Assembly: GCA_002269645.1 (NCBI GenBank)
Contig: NIVC01001371.1
Location: 186,001 to 250,000, forward strand
Direction: 5' to 3'
DNA length: 64,000 nucleotides
DNA from: Macrostomum lignano
Lineage: Eukaryota
The notes beneath the pieces are model-generated. The model saw nothing but the letters and a program-made list of their open reading frames with translations, searched no databases and had not been told where the DNA came from. The translations under genes and the position numbers were made by a program. Shown here one piece after another: positions 23,801-36,701 of this stretch (position 1 is its first letter; each line of letters opens with the position of its first letter).

Positions 23801-26800
23801 TTTGGGAGAAATGGGATCCAAGAGAAAGGATTAAGAATGGGACTAATTGGGGAGAAATGGGATCCAAGAGAAAGGATTAAGAATGGGACTAATTTGGGAG
23901 AAATGGGATCCAAGAGAAAGGATTAAGAATGGGACTAATTTGGAAGAAATGGGATCCAAGAGAAAGGATTAAGAATGGGACTAATTTGGGAGAAATGGGA
24001 TCCAAGAAAAGGATTAAGAATGGGACTAATTGGGAGAAATGGGATCCAAGAGAAAGGATTAAGAATGGGACTAATTTGGAAGAAATGGGATCCAAGAGAA
24101 AGGATTAAGAATGGGACTAATAGGGAGAAATGGGATCCAAGAAAAAGGATTAAGAATGGGACTAATTGGGAGAAATGGGATCCAAGAAAAGGATTAAGAA
24201 TGGGACTAATTGGGAGAAATGGGATCCAAGAGAAAGGATTAAGAATGGGACTAATTTGGAAGAAATGGGATCCAAGAGAAAGGATTAAGAATGGGACTAA
24301 TTTGGGAGAAACGGGATCCAAGAAAAGGATTAAGAATGGGACTAATTTGGGAGAAATGGGATCCAAGAGAAAGGATTAAGAATGGGACTAATTTGGGAGA
24401 AATGGGATCCAAGAGAAAGGATTAAGAATGGGACTAATTTGGGAGAAATGGGATCCAAGAGAAAGGATTAAGAATGGGACTAATTTGGGAGAAATGGGAT
24501 CCAAGAGAAAGGATTAAGAATGGGACTAATTGGGAGAAATGGGATCCAAGAGAAAGGATTAAGAATGGGACTAATTGGGGAGAAATGAATCCAAGAGAAA
24601 GGATTAAGAATGGGACTAATTTGGAAGAAATGGGATCCAAGAGAAAGGATTACGAATGGGACTAATTGGGGAGAAATGGGATCCAAGAGAAAGGATTAAG
24701 AATGGGACTAATTTGGGAGAAACGGGATCCAAGAAAAGGATTAAGAATGGGACTAATTTGGGAGAAATGGGATCCAAGAGAAAGGATTAAGAATGGGACT
24801 AATTTGGGAGAAATGGGATCCAAGAGAAAGGATTAAGAATGGGACTAATTTGGGAGAAATGGGATCCAAGAGAAAGGATTAAGAATGGGACTAATTCGGG
24901 AGAAATGGGATCCAAGAGAAAGGATTAAGAATGGGACTAATTTGGGAGAAATGGGATCCAAGAAAAAGGATTAAGAATGGGACTAATTGGGAGAAATGGG
25001 ATCCAAGAGAAAGGATTAAGAATGGGACTAATTTGGAGAAATGGGATCCAAGAGAAAGGATTAAGAATGGGACTAATTTGGGAGAAACGGGATCCAAGAA
25101 AAGGATTAAGAATGGGACTAATTTGGGAGAAATGGGATCCAAGAGAAAGGATTAAGAATGGGACTAATTTGGGAGAAATGGGATCCAAGAGAAAGGATTA
25201 AGAATGGGACTAATTTGGGAGAAATGGGATCCAAGAAAAAGGATTAAGAATGGGACTAATTGGGGAGAAATGGGATCCAAGAGAAAGGATTAAGAATGGG
25301 ACTAATTTGGAAGAATTGGATCCAAGAGAAAGGATTAAGAATGGGACTAATTTGGGAGAAACGGGATCCAAGAAAAAGGATTAAGAATGGGACTAATTTG
25401 GGAGAAATGGGATCCAAGAGAAAGGATTAAGAATGGGACTAATTTGGGAGAAATGGGATCCAAGAGAAAGGATTAAGAATGGGACTAATTTGGAAGAAAT
25501 GGGATCCAAGAGAAAGGATTAAGAATGGGACTAATTTGGGAGAAATGGGATCCAAGAGAAAGGATTAAGAATGGGACTAATTTGGGAGAAATGGGATCCA
25601 AGAGAAAGGATTAAGAATGGGACTAATTTGGGAGAAATGGGATCCAAGAGAAAGGATTAAGAATGGGACTAATTGGGGAGAAATGAATCCAAGAGAAAGG
25701 ATTAAGAATGGGACTAATTCGGGAGAAATGGGATCCAAGAGAAAGGATTAAGAATGGGACTAATTTGGGAGAAACGGGATCCAAGAAAAAGGATTAAGAA
25801 TGGGACTAATTTGGGAGAAATGGGATCCAAGAGAAAGGATTAAGAATGGGACTAATTTGGGAGAAATGGGATCCAAGAGAAAGGATTAAGAATGGGACTA
25901 ATTTGGGAGAAACGGGATCCAAGAAAAAGGATTAAGAATGGGACTAATTTGGAAGAAATGGGATCCAAGAGAAAGGATTAAGAATGGGACTAATTTGGGA
26001 GAAACGGGATCCAAGAAAAAGGATTAAGAATAGGACTAATTTGGGAGAAATGGGATCCAAGAGAAAGGATTAAGAATGGGACTAATTTGGGAGAAATGGG
26101 ATCCAAGAGAAAGGATTAAGAATGGGACTAATTGGGGAGAAATAGGATCCAAGAGAAAGGATTAAGAATGGGACTAATTTGGGAGAAATGGGATCCAAGA
26201 GAAAGGATTAAGAATGGGACTAATTTGGGAGAAATGGGATCCAAGAGAAAGGATTAAGAATGGGACTAATTTGGGAGAAATGGGATCCAAGAGAAAGGAT
26301 TAAGAATGGGACTAATTTGGGAGAAATGGGATCCGAGAAAAGGATTAAGAATGGGACTAATTGGGAGAAATGGGATCCAAGAGAAAGGATTAAGAATGGG
26401 ACTAATTGGGAGAAATGGGATCCAAGAAAAGGATTAAGAATGGGACTAATTTGGGAGAAATGGGATCCAAGAAAAAGGATTAAGAATGGGACTAATTTAG
26501 AAGAAATGGGATCCAAGAGAAAGGATTAAGAATGGGACTAATTGGGGAGAAATGGGATCCAAGAGAAAGGATTAAGAATGGGACTAATTCGGGAAAAATG
26601 GGATCCAAGAGAAAGGATTAAGAATGGGACTAATTTGGGAGAAATGGGATCCAAGAGAAAGGATTAAGAATGGGACTAATTTGGGAGAAATGGGATCCAA
26701 GAGAAAGGATTAAGAATGGGACTAATTTGGGAGAAATGGGATCCAAGAGAAAGGATTAAGAATGGGACTAATTTGGGAGAAATGGGATCCAAGAGAAAGG

Positions 26801-26858
26801 ATTAAGAATGGGACTAATTTGGGAAAAATGGGATCCAAGAAAACGGGATTAAGAATAG
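20820..26858. repeat. 46-bp satellite (GGGACTAATTTGGGAGAAATGGGATCCAAGAGAAAGGATTAAGAAT)n, ~6 kb
   Basis: About 130 highly homogeneous units, each with a BamHI site. It occupies nearly the whole DXO-COQ3 intergenic interval. Confidence 0.98.
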
Positions 26859-26990
26859 GCTTCTGGGGGCATTTTAACAAGGAAGCAGAATTCAGAATCC
26901 AGAAGGGATCTTAAGAGACGAAGATTTTACAACCAGCATTAACTAACTGACAAAAATATCCCAAAGCATGCACCCCAAGCTAAAACGCGC

Positions 26991-29518
26991 TCATTGTTTT
27001 TTCCCTTGACGCTTCCTCTCTTCTTCCGCCAGCTGATGCTGGCTGAGGTCTCTGAGCAGCCAGTGCGGCAGGAAGTAGAAGGGGGACGCGGGCCCATGCC
27101 GGGACACCAGCACCCGGTCCTGGCCGGGTTTCCAGTACAGCACAAACACGGCGCCGGCCTCGTCGGCCGTGGCGCAGACGCGGACAGCGTGGCTGAGGAA
27201 CCGGTGCGCCCAGTCGAGGCCGGCCCCGGCGCTCCACTCGTCTGGCCGGAGGTGGCCGCGCGACATGGCCAACAGGCGGTCCACTGGCAGGCGGGCAACG
27301 TCGCGGAGTCGGCCGGCGGCGTCGCGGAAACCGGCGAAGATGCTGGGCACGCCGAGTAGGAAGCTCTGGGCCCACCAGCGTGGCAGGCGGCGGCGCCAGG
27401 CACCGTGCTGGCTGGTCAGCTTCAGCTCTAGCTGAGGGCATGAGGGGCGGGGGCAAACGGCGATTGTTATGACTGCTCATAGGGCGATTGTTATGACTGC
27501 TCATAGGGCGATTGTTATGACTGCTCATAGGGCGATTCTTATGACTGTTCATATGGCGATTGTTATGACTGCTCATAGGGCGATTCTTATTTTTATGACT
27601 GCTCATAGGGCCATTTTTTGAGTGCTTATAAGGCGATTCCTATGACTGCTCATAGGGCGATTGATATGACTGTTCATATGGCGATTCTCATGACTGCTCA
27701 TAAGGCGATTGTTATGACTGCTCATAGGGGCGATTCTTGACTGCTCATATGACTTTTCATAGGGCGATTGTTATGACTGCTCATTTGGCGATTTTTATGA
27801 CTGCTCATATGGCGATTGATAACTGCTCATAGGGCGATTCTCATGACAGCTCATAGGGCGATTGATATGACTGTTCATATGGCGATTGATAACTGCTCAT
27901 AGGGCGATTCTCATGACAGCTCATAGGGCGATTGATATGACTGTTCATATGGCGATTCTCATGACTGCTCATAAGGCGATTGTTATGACTGCTCATAGGG
28001 GCGATTCTCATGACAGCTCATAGGGTGATTGATATGACTGTTCATATGGCGATTGATAACTGCTCATAAGCCGATTCTTATGACTGCTCATAGGGCGATT
28101 CTTATGACTGCTCATAGGGCGATTCTTGACTGCTCATATGACTTTTCATAGGGCGATTGATATGACTGCTCATATGGCAATTCTTGACTGCTCATATGAC
28201 TGCTTATAGGGCGATTCGTATGACTGCTTATATGGCGATTTTATGGCTAATTTAATTGCATAACGTACTCATAGAAAAAAATAATCCACAATAGGCTACT
28301 GAAAACAAGCAGACTGTAAAGAAAATGAACCACGCTGGCACTAACCAACTCATCGCCGTCGCAGCAGTCCACCTCGCCGAGGCACATCAGTCGAAGATTC
28401 CCCAGCCTGGCTTCAACTATTTCGCAGTAGCGACCGCCGTCTCCGTCGCGTCCGCCTCCGCTTTCGCCAGTGGCCAGCGCCTCGAACGCGGGACCCCAGG
28501 CTGCCATGAGGCGGTCACGCCGATTCCTTTGAGCCTCCAATCGTTGTGCCTCGGCGCCGGTGAACTGGCACAGCAGCAGGCCGTCGCCGTGGACTCGGAT
28601 AGCCGCCACGCACAGGTCCTGCTGGCGCTCCAACTGCTGGCAGGTCAGGCGGGTGAGCAGGCCGCGGCAGCAGACGATGCGGCCGGCCAGATTCGGCCGG
28701 GCCAGCCGCAGCCAGGCTAACAGATCGTCGATATCGCGCTGCCATGGCGGCTGCAAGGCGGACTCCCAGTCGGCCGGGCCGCCGGGCAGCCAATCGGAGA
28801 GGTTCAGCCCGGACCAATCGCGCGGCAGCCGGAGCCGCTTCAGCTGGCTGGCATCGAGTCTGGCGTGCGCCAGTCCCGCGCCAGGAACGGACAGGCGGCC
28901 AACCCGGCGCGGCCGAGTGAACTCCGGGAACGGGACGTCCGGATCCCAGCTGTCCGGCAGCCGGAGAGACAATTCCGGGATAGACAGGCGCGCCGCCGTT
29001 TCTAGCGACATCGGCTCGTGCTGGCGCGGCTGCTGCTGGCAATCGGCCGCGGAAGATAGGGCGGAAACTGGGGCGGAAGATGGGGCAGAGACAGGGGCGG
29101 AAGATGGGGCGGAGACAGGGACAGAAGATGGGGCGGAGACAGTGGCGGAAGATGAGGCAGAGACGGGAGCAGATGAGGCGGAGACAGGGGCGGAAGATGA
29201 GGCGGAGACAGGGGCGGAAGATGAGGCGGAGACAGGGGCGGAAGATGAGGCAGAGACAGGGGCGGAAGATGAGGCGGAGACAGGGGCGGAAGATGAGGCG
29301 GAGACAGGGGCGGAAGATGAGGCAGAGACAGGGGCGGAAGATGAGGCGGAGACAGGGACGGAAGATGGGGCAGAGACAGGGGCAGAAGATGCGTCGGGGG
29401 CGGGCGCGGAAGATAGATCCAAAAAGGAAACAGATGCACTTGCTTTTGGGACAATTTTTGGAGTGGAATCAGACACTTGACCAGCAGAAGCCACGTTTGA
29501 TAACCGGTGAGCACTCAT
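26991..29518 (-). CDS. DXO: Decapping and exoribonuclease DXO/Dom3Z/Rai1 family protein, 2 coding exons
   Basis: Exon 1 is 29518 (or internal ATG 29011) to 28346 and exon 2 is 27431-26991 (phase 0, GT-AG). Motifs: PFPEFTRPRRVG, IVCCRGLLTRL, AFE, GEVDC, LELKL, RWWAQSFLLGVP.IFAGFRD and YFLPHW. The catalytic E, E-x-D and E-x-K residues are intact. Confidence 0.93.
27459..28243. repeat. 24-bp minisatellite (GGGCGATTGTTATGACTGCTCATA)n filling the DXO intron
   Basis: Visible degenerate tandem units within intron 28345-27432. Confidence 0.95.
29055..29390. repeat. 24-bp repeat (GAAGATGAGGCGGAGACAGGGGCG)n encoding (SAPVSASS)n at the DXO 5' end
   Basis: About 14 units, in frame with the DXO ORF between ATG 29518 and ATG 29011. 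Confidence 0.93.
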
Positions 29519-29904
29519 ATTGGCCTATCAAGCGAGTTACAAGTGATCAACAGGTTTGAGTATTTATTTTGCTAACAATGAATGAGCTGAACCAGAAGAC
29601 CAGATCAATCCAGCCATGGACTGATGGGCGGTGGGTACTCATAAAAAACGACCGATTTAATATTTACAAAAAACGATAATATAAAAAACGACCGAAAAAA
29701 CGAGCAGTGATCTTCTCAGAAACCTAAACTAAAAAGTACAAGTAATACTATTTTTTCTTATTGGCCACAGTAGTCTTTTATAATGAATTAATATTTTCAG
29801 TTATTAAACAATTTTTTCGAAGCGATTGCTACTAAACTACATGTGCTCGTAATAATCTATCTGCATATAATGGTGACAGTTTAACCCGATGATTTGGGAT
29901 GCTG

Positions 29905-30310
29905 GTGACCCTGGGAGGCTGGCCCAGCAACTGAGGATCTGGGAGGCTGGCCCAGCAACTGAAGATCTGGGAGGCTGGCCCAGCAACTGAGGATCTGGAA
30001 GGCTGGTGCCCAGCAACTGAGGATCTGGGAGGCTGGCCCAGCAACTGAAGATCTGGGAGGCTGGCCCAGCAACTGAAGATCTGGGAGGCTGGCTCAGCAA
30101 CTGAGGATCTGGGAGGCTGGCCCAGCAACTGAGGATCTGGGAGGCTGGCCCAGCAACTGAGGATCTGGGAGGCTGGCCCAGCAACTGAGGATCTGGGAGG
30201 CTGGCCCAGCAGCTGAGGATCTGGGAGGCTGGCCCAGCAACTGAGGATCTGGGAGGCTGGCCCAGCAACTGAGGATCTGGGAGGCTGGCCCAGCAACTGA
30301 GGATCTGGGA
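29905..30310. repeat. 28-bp minisatellite (GAGGATCTGGGAGGCTGGCCCAGCAACT)n
   Basis: About 14 units, each with the internal inverted repeat CTGGG...CCCAG. There are no spacers. Confidence 0.95.
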
Positions 30311-31150
30311 TGCTGACGGGTGGGCCTGAGATGGAGTTGTGAGATAGGATTCCAGGCCCTAATAGTATACAACTGGACATCAGGATGAAACCAAATGAAA
30401 GCAAATCAGGAAAGCCAGTACAGCAAGTTTAGACTCTGCGACGACAGTACACAGCACATTATACTTATATGAACAACAATGCTCTATAAATCTAGATAAA
30501 TTATCTCCATATAAAATGACTGCATGAAATATTATTTGCAACAGAATAGAGCAAGCAAGCAATTGATAATACTGCCAAATTACAAACAGAGCGCAAAGTT
30601 TAGCCGCAGATTTGAATAAAAGCAAACTACAGTTTCTATACCTTAATCAATACGAAATGCACTACTGTTCAGTAGTAGGGATGCTAAACTACATTAGCAA
30701 CATCTATTTATATACAAAGTCTGCACAAAGAGTAGCTATGTACAACTTCAGTGAATGCAATATCCCTTACAGAGACAGGCAATAAAAATATATCTGCTTG
30801 TGACAATGCCGCACCTGTGCAAAATAACACAATGCCTATTAAACTCACTTGTTAGCCTTCCCATTGTACCATATTGACTATTCGCTAATTAATAAGGCAA
30901 TACAAAACAATAGAATGAACGTTAACCTGAGTCTAAGTTACATTTCGTTATCTCATTTTTAGCAATTCTAAAACGCAAACGCAAATTAATAAGCCACTAA
31001 TAGTAGCATAGCATGGAAAGTACTAAAATACGAAAATAGGTTTTCTTGAAGGCCGATTTTAGAAAATGACACGTGACACTTAACCCGCATCATATTGCGT
31101 GTGTGTGTGTGTGCGAGTTGGATGGAGAAAGAGACTGTGTCAGCTAAGCC

Positions 31151-32390
31151 TCAGCCGGCAGTGATATACAGTTTAATTCGTTCGGGCAGAGGCAGCCTGC
31201 AGATCTCATCATTGCTATACATTCGCAGTATGGCCAGCAGGCACAGATCCGTGAGCGGCGGCAGGCGCTGGCAGGTTGGTATGATTCGCACCTGTTTAGT
31301 CTTGCCATAGACGTCAACAACGGCGAAATGATCGCGATCTTTATAGGGGAACGGCTGCTCGTCCGGGCCCATGTCGACGCCGTTGACTACCAGGTGGAGC
31401 CTGGCGAGGTCGGGCTCGGCGTCGCGGCCCTGGCCCTGTTCGGGCATAAAGTACACGCCTATCCTGGCGCCTTTATCAGTGTCTGTGCCGCGCTTCAATG
31501 TGTGCCGGGGCACCAGATTGGGATAGTGCACAAGGCCGCAGGGCGATTGGACTAGGTTGCCGCGACGGCGAAGTAGCGGCGACGGCGAGGATGATGAGGC
31601 GGCAGCGGCACCGGGGGAGGCAGCAGACGAAGAAGACGCCGATGATGCAACGCCGCCCACTGTGCGCACGTAGGAGCGGCCGAATCTGCTGCTGAGGTCG
31701 GGCACGGCGAACTTGGGCAGCCGGGGCATCGCGTCTGGCCGGACCTGGGGAAGGCGATAGTTATTTAGGACAATAAGTTCTTTTTTCCAACCAGAAAGAG
31801 AATGGCGCCAGCGGTCTTGAGTACAGGAACAATGTAGAATCATTACAATTCATACAATAATAGGTTATTTTCACTAGTGCAGTCTCTGGTATTAATACCA
31901 TATTTTTGGTCACTTTAGGACTGAACCACTGCCTGCTTCTCTGGTTAGTTAGTTAGGGGGGTGGTCTGCCCTTATGCTCGAGAACTGCGGGAGCCAAGGC
32001 AAATTAATTTTGCAAGCACGAGCACAGAATCTAAGTCGGGTACTTTGATGCGGAGAGAGCAGATGCACCACTAAGCACTGATCTGTTTCTGCCCCCACCC
32101 TTCTCCCAGTTTCCTGGTCCCTAAGATCGATGCCTTAGAAAACAAGGAAAATTTTTAATATAAATTTTTCTTCAAATGCAATTAAATCTCACCTGCGTGA
32201 TGCCCACCCGGAGGTCGCCACTCCAGCCGGACTCAGTCTGTGTCACCTCAATTAGAAACAGCTCGCCTGCGCGCAACGGCTCAGCGCTGAACGTGAGGCC
32301 GTGAGCAAAACTGCGCGTCCGGGTGGCTGTCTGGCCGCCATTGCTAAGCCGGATGAAGCGGCCATGCCGCTGGTGGAAAGCCTGCGACAT
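31151..32390 (-). CDS. NEURL2: Neuralized-like protein 2 / Ozz type (NHR domain + SOCS box), ~263 aa, 2 exons
   Basis: Exons 32390-32193 and 31744-31151 (phase 0). NHR: FHQRHGRFIRLS...ATRTRSFAHGLTFSAEPL...SGDLRVGIT, PKFAVPDL, LHLVVNGVDMGP and AVVDVYGKTKQVRI. SOCS box: LPPLTDLCLLAI...LPLPERIK. Confidence 0.9.
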
Positions 32391-32827
32391 GGACCTGGAA
32401 TGAGCGAGTAGGAGTCTGCACCTATAGACTGACTGAGCCAGAGCCAGAGTTAACAAGTGACTGGGTCAGTCTTAAGCAACTGAGCCAGAGATAACAAGTG
32501 ATTAAGTCAGTCTAAATATTAAATAACAAAGCAACTGATTAGTCCTCGGTTTTTGTGTCATACTGTATGTCATGACACATCAACTTTAATTCTGGAATCT
32601 TATACAAGTTGAAAATTCTATTTTCAAAATCAAAATTGGCAAAATTTATAAGTTTCATTATTCTATCTCTAGCTATGAAATCAAAGGTTTTAATGCCATG
32701 GTTTTTTAAGCCATTCAAGACACCTATTATGTGACTGACTAAATATTTTAAGGTATAAGAAATATCCTGTAAAGTACAGGTCATTTTGGTGATAAGCTGC
32801 TTTTGTAATAAATTTTATTACAATAAA

Positions 32828-33420
32828 TCTCTTCTACATATAAAAATCAAAACTCTGTGTGTGTGTCTGTGGACAATTTTGTTTGCTATGGACTCCCAAA
32901 CCGCCCAACCAAATGCCACCAAATTTTGCACCCGCCCTAAATTCACTACGAAGAATGTCTTAGGCTACCTTTGAATTTCCTAAATCCAAGTCTTCCTACC
33001 TTAAAGTGCAAAAAACTGCTCAAAATTCGCGATTTTTTTACTAAATCCTCCATAGCGCCGCTCCACTTCTACCGATCCTCTTCAAATTTGACACAATCAA
33101 TCTTCAACTATTTTGACACAATCGTGTAAAATTTCGAGTCTCAAAGTTAATCCTGAACGGCGCTGTGCACTTTTAAAGTTAGGCTGTTTTTTTCAGCAAG
33201 GCAGCCACCCCAACCTCCGCCCGCCTGCCTCTCTTTCCCGATCTAGGCAAAGGGTAAATAGGTTTTAAAATGACTATTTTCGGCTGCCATAAGTTTGCTC
33301 CAAGTGAAGCAATTGACTTCAAATTTGACACAATTCTTTATTGACTCATCTAAATATACTAAATCTCTAATCTCTGTCTAAATGTAAAGTCTCAACTCTG
33401 TATCTCAATCAGGACGGAAA
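32828..33420 (+). mobile_element. Probable non-autonomous Helitron-like element (5' part)
   Basis: It starts A|TCTCTTCTACATATAAAAATCAAAACTC followed by a (TG)n microsatellite, then repeated ...CAAATTT(T)G(A/C)AC... submotifs. This architecture is typical of animal non-autonomous Helitrons. I did not find the 3' hairpin/CTRR end. Confidence 0.4.
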
Positions 33421-34042
33421 CTGTAAGCATGTGAAGTTTGTCTGCTTTTTCTGTTGTTTGTGCCGCTCACTCACTCATTCCCCCAGAGCCAGACCAAGGG
33501 TCAGGCGATAGAGCTGAATGTACATAGCGAATGTACAGTGTTTTGGAATAACTTTTTAATAGCCTTCCTTCCCTGCACCCCCGCGCGTGTAGACGAGAGG
33601 CTACCTGGCTACGTTTAGCCATGACAGTTTAGCCGCTTAGCGAGAGATTCAAACCACTGTCCTCTGTATAGACAAGTCTGCAGCAGTTTAACAGTGGATG
33701 GCAAATCAAGGCGATGCGGGGGTGTGGGATAAAAATAGCGAAAAATAAATGAATAACTGGTTATTGATTACAATACAATCCTACTAAATTAGTTACACCA
33801 TCAAAATTTTAACTAAGTTTCGCATAAGGTTCAAAACTTTAAAATTTAATGGCTCCTAAGAAATGCGTATTTCCTTGGTTGTGTTGGACTGCTGCAGAGT
33901 GCAGACTGTGGTGGTGGTGATGGAGCTGGAGATACACAAATTCCCCTCAGGACTGCTAATTGGCCAGAAAGGTGACGTGATTAAAGCATGAGAAATGATA
34001 ACAACCATGAGAGTACTACGTCCCAAAAACTGGCTTTCGAAC

Positions 34043-35495
34043 CAGGGATCGGTAGATTTTTGCCTCAAAGGCCAGATAAAGAATCCAGCTCATGGCTGCA
34101 GGCCAGATGAGAGTGGAAAAGAGAAGGAATAGACTGTTAGAAGAGAGGAGAGGCGAGAGGAGGATAAGAGAAAATATAGAAGATAACAGGAGAGACGAGG
34201 GGGCCAGGGGTGAGGAGAGAGCAGAGAATATGGGAGGAAGAAGCGAAAGGAGGGGAGAGAGGAGGGAGAGGAAAGAGTAGAGGCGAGAAGAGGGAGAGAG
34301 AAGAGGGGAGAGATGAGACAGATGATAGATGAGAGAGGAGAGTAGAGAAGAGTGAGAAGAGAGTAGAGATGAGAGAGCAGAGAGGCAGATGAGAGAGGAT
34401 CGAGAGGAGAGACTAGAAAGGATAGAGAAGAGAGGAGATAAGAGGGGGAGAGAGGGAGAGAGAGGAGAGAGTTGAGAAAGAAGAGATGATAGAGTAAAGG
34501 GAAGAGGGAAAGAGTGGAAAGAGATGAAATTGTAGAGATAAGAGATGAAGCAGGAGAGAGCAGAGTGCAAAGAGACGAGAGAAGAGAATAGAGGGGAGTG
34601 AGTATAGAAGAGGGAAGAGAAGAGAGGAGTAAGGAAAGAGAGGAGTCAGAAGAGAGGAAGAGAAGAGTACACAGGACAGAGGAGAGTAGAGATGACAGAA
34701 GATAGAGAGGGATGAGAGATCAAAGATGAAAGTGAACAGACGATATGAGGAGAGAGGAGAGTGGAGAGAGAAGAGAGAAGACAAGAGAGGGAGAGAGTAT
34801 AGAAGAGGGAAGAGAAAAGACGAGAAGAAAGGAGAAAGGAAAGAGGAATCAAAAAAGGGGAAGAGAAAAGTACAGAGGAGAAATGTGAGAGAACATCTGA
34901 GAGTAAAGATGACATATGAGAGAAGGGAGATGAGAGAGTAGAAACGAGAGTGAACAGACGAGAGATGGGAGAGTAGAGCGAAGAGGAGAGATAAGAAATA
35001 AGAGATGGGAGATGAGAGGTGAGACAAAGGGAGAGAGAAGTGAGTGAGGAGAGAGGAGGGGGGAATCGAGAGGACGGGGGAGATAGGGGAAAAGGAGGAG
35101 AGAGGAAAGGAAAGAGGGGAGAGACGAAAGGAGAGAGAAAGAGAGGAGAGAGAGTAGAGAGAGAGAGAGCAGAGAGAGACTGAGAGAGAGCAGAGAGAAA
35201 TGAGAAGAGATAGAGAAAAGACAAAAGAAGAGAAAGGAGAGATAAGAGAGCAAAGAGAAGAGAGAAGGGAGGAGAAAGTTGAGAGAAGAGAGAAGAGAGA
35301 AGAGAGGAAAAAGAGAGAGGAGAGATAAGGGAAGTGTTGAGGGTGTGGAGAGGGAAGAAACGAGAGAAGAGGGGAGAGAGGAGAGAAGAAAGAAGAGATA
35401 GGAAACAAAAGAGAAGATAGAAGCTTCAAAGGATCCAAAGGACATAGGGAAAGGCAGAGGTAGAGGGCAGAGGCCAGAGTTTGCCTGACATTCTG
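34043..35495. mobile_element. Degenerate hAT (Charlie-like) non-autonomous element with purine-rich interior
   Basis: Left end CAGGGATCGGTAGATTTTT...AAAGGCCAGATAAAGAAT and right end GGCCAGAGTTTGCCTGACATTCTG resemble Charlie-type CAGGGGT..GCAAAC termini. The left end is homologous to 56892-56960. No TSD is retained. Confidence 0.5.
34105..35470. repeat. Low-complexity polypurine (GA-rich) tract, ~1.35 kb
   Basis: Predominantly A/G on the + strand. It yields spurious L/S/F-rich ORFs on the - strand. Confidence 0.95.
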
Positions 35496-36701
35496 CGTAG
35501 CATCCCAGCCAACAATATCAATGCTTGCTTCAAATCCTAATTTTACACGAGTGTACTCTATTTTGTTTAACTCTATCCTAACTATTAACAAGTTTTTGTT
35601 TGAGTTTGACCTCAGATTTTAGAATACATGCAAAAATGGTTCTGGGGATTGGAGTTTCCTAGGTTCAAAATCTGCGGGTTTCAATAGCTTGTACAATAAA
35701 TATAAATACATTTTATCTGAGGTAAAAAATATAAGATTACAACTATTCATTTTGTGATAGGAGAAAGCATGTAACAATTTAAGATTATAAGCATACTTAT
35801 TTTGTTGGTATTTAAATTTTGCATATTTCAAAAAATTTGTTAGAAGATCAATATATTTGTGTCTTTTGAATATTTAGAAAAAATTAAAATTGGCATAGGC
35901 CCTACATTTAATTTTTGTCCTAGCAAATAAGCAAAATTAGGCCTAAATGTTATTGTTTAATTGTTTTAGTAAACCTCTAAATAAACTTGTCACTTAGGAT
36001 TATTAGAACAATTTTTTGCTTGCAACCAAAACAGTTGTCACTAAAGAGTCTATGAGTTTATCACCAAAATTTTTTTCTTTTTATGTCACTAAAATGACTA
36101 TATTATATAATCCATTCTTAAAGCTATATCTCTAAACTATAGCCACAATAAATAGGGTTTAGATAGATAGATAAAGCTATAAGATCAATCCAAAAAATGT
36201 CACCAAAAAGCATACATGTGCAACTGCTAACCAACCTGGCCAATCCAGCCACTGTAAATTGTGGTAGACCAGGGATAAGTCGTATAAATGCCTAGCCTAA
36301 AAGTACAGATGTAGTACTAAATACTAATTAGATGCTGAGGCATTATGTCTCCATAAGACAGTCATAGTTACTCCTGCCATTTACCCAAAATAGCATAAAT
36401 TTTTGCTTTAGGGTTTTTTTTACAGATAAGTTGCATTTTTGGTCAAAAAGTAAGTCATATGGGCATGGCCAGTATAAATCAGGGGGATTGCAATGTATGC
36501 CAAAAAGACTGACACTGTATGATTATGCTTATATTAGAGATAAGGTCTAGGGCCTGACATAGGTAGTATGCACTATCCTAAAAAAATCAAAAGCCTAGAA
36601 AAAAGTAGAATTAAATTCACCTCAAACAAAAATGCTGCATACACACAGGTTAATAGAGCAGGGGATGAATACAAACATTCAAGGACTCAAAAGTAAAAGA
36701 T

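Noticed and set aside
20717-26529. Many short ORFs (MDPISPK.../MGLIWEK...)
   Set aside because: Translations of the 46-bp satellite.
34016-35591. Leu/Ser/Phe-rich membrane-protein-like ORFs
   Set aside because: Antisense reading of a GA-rich low-complexity tract.
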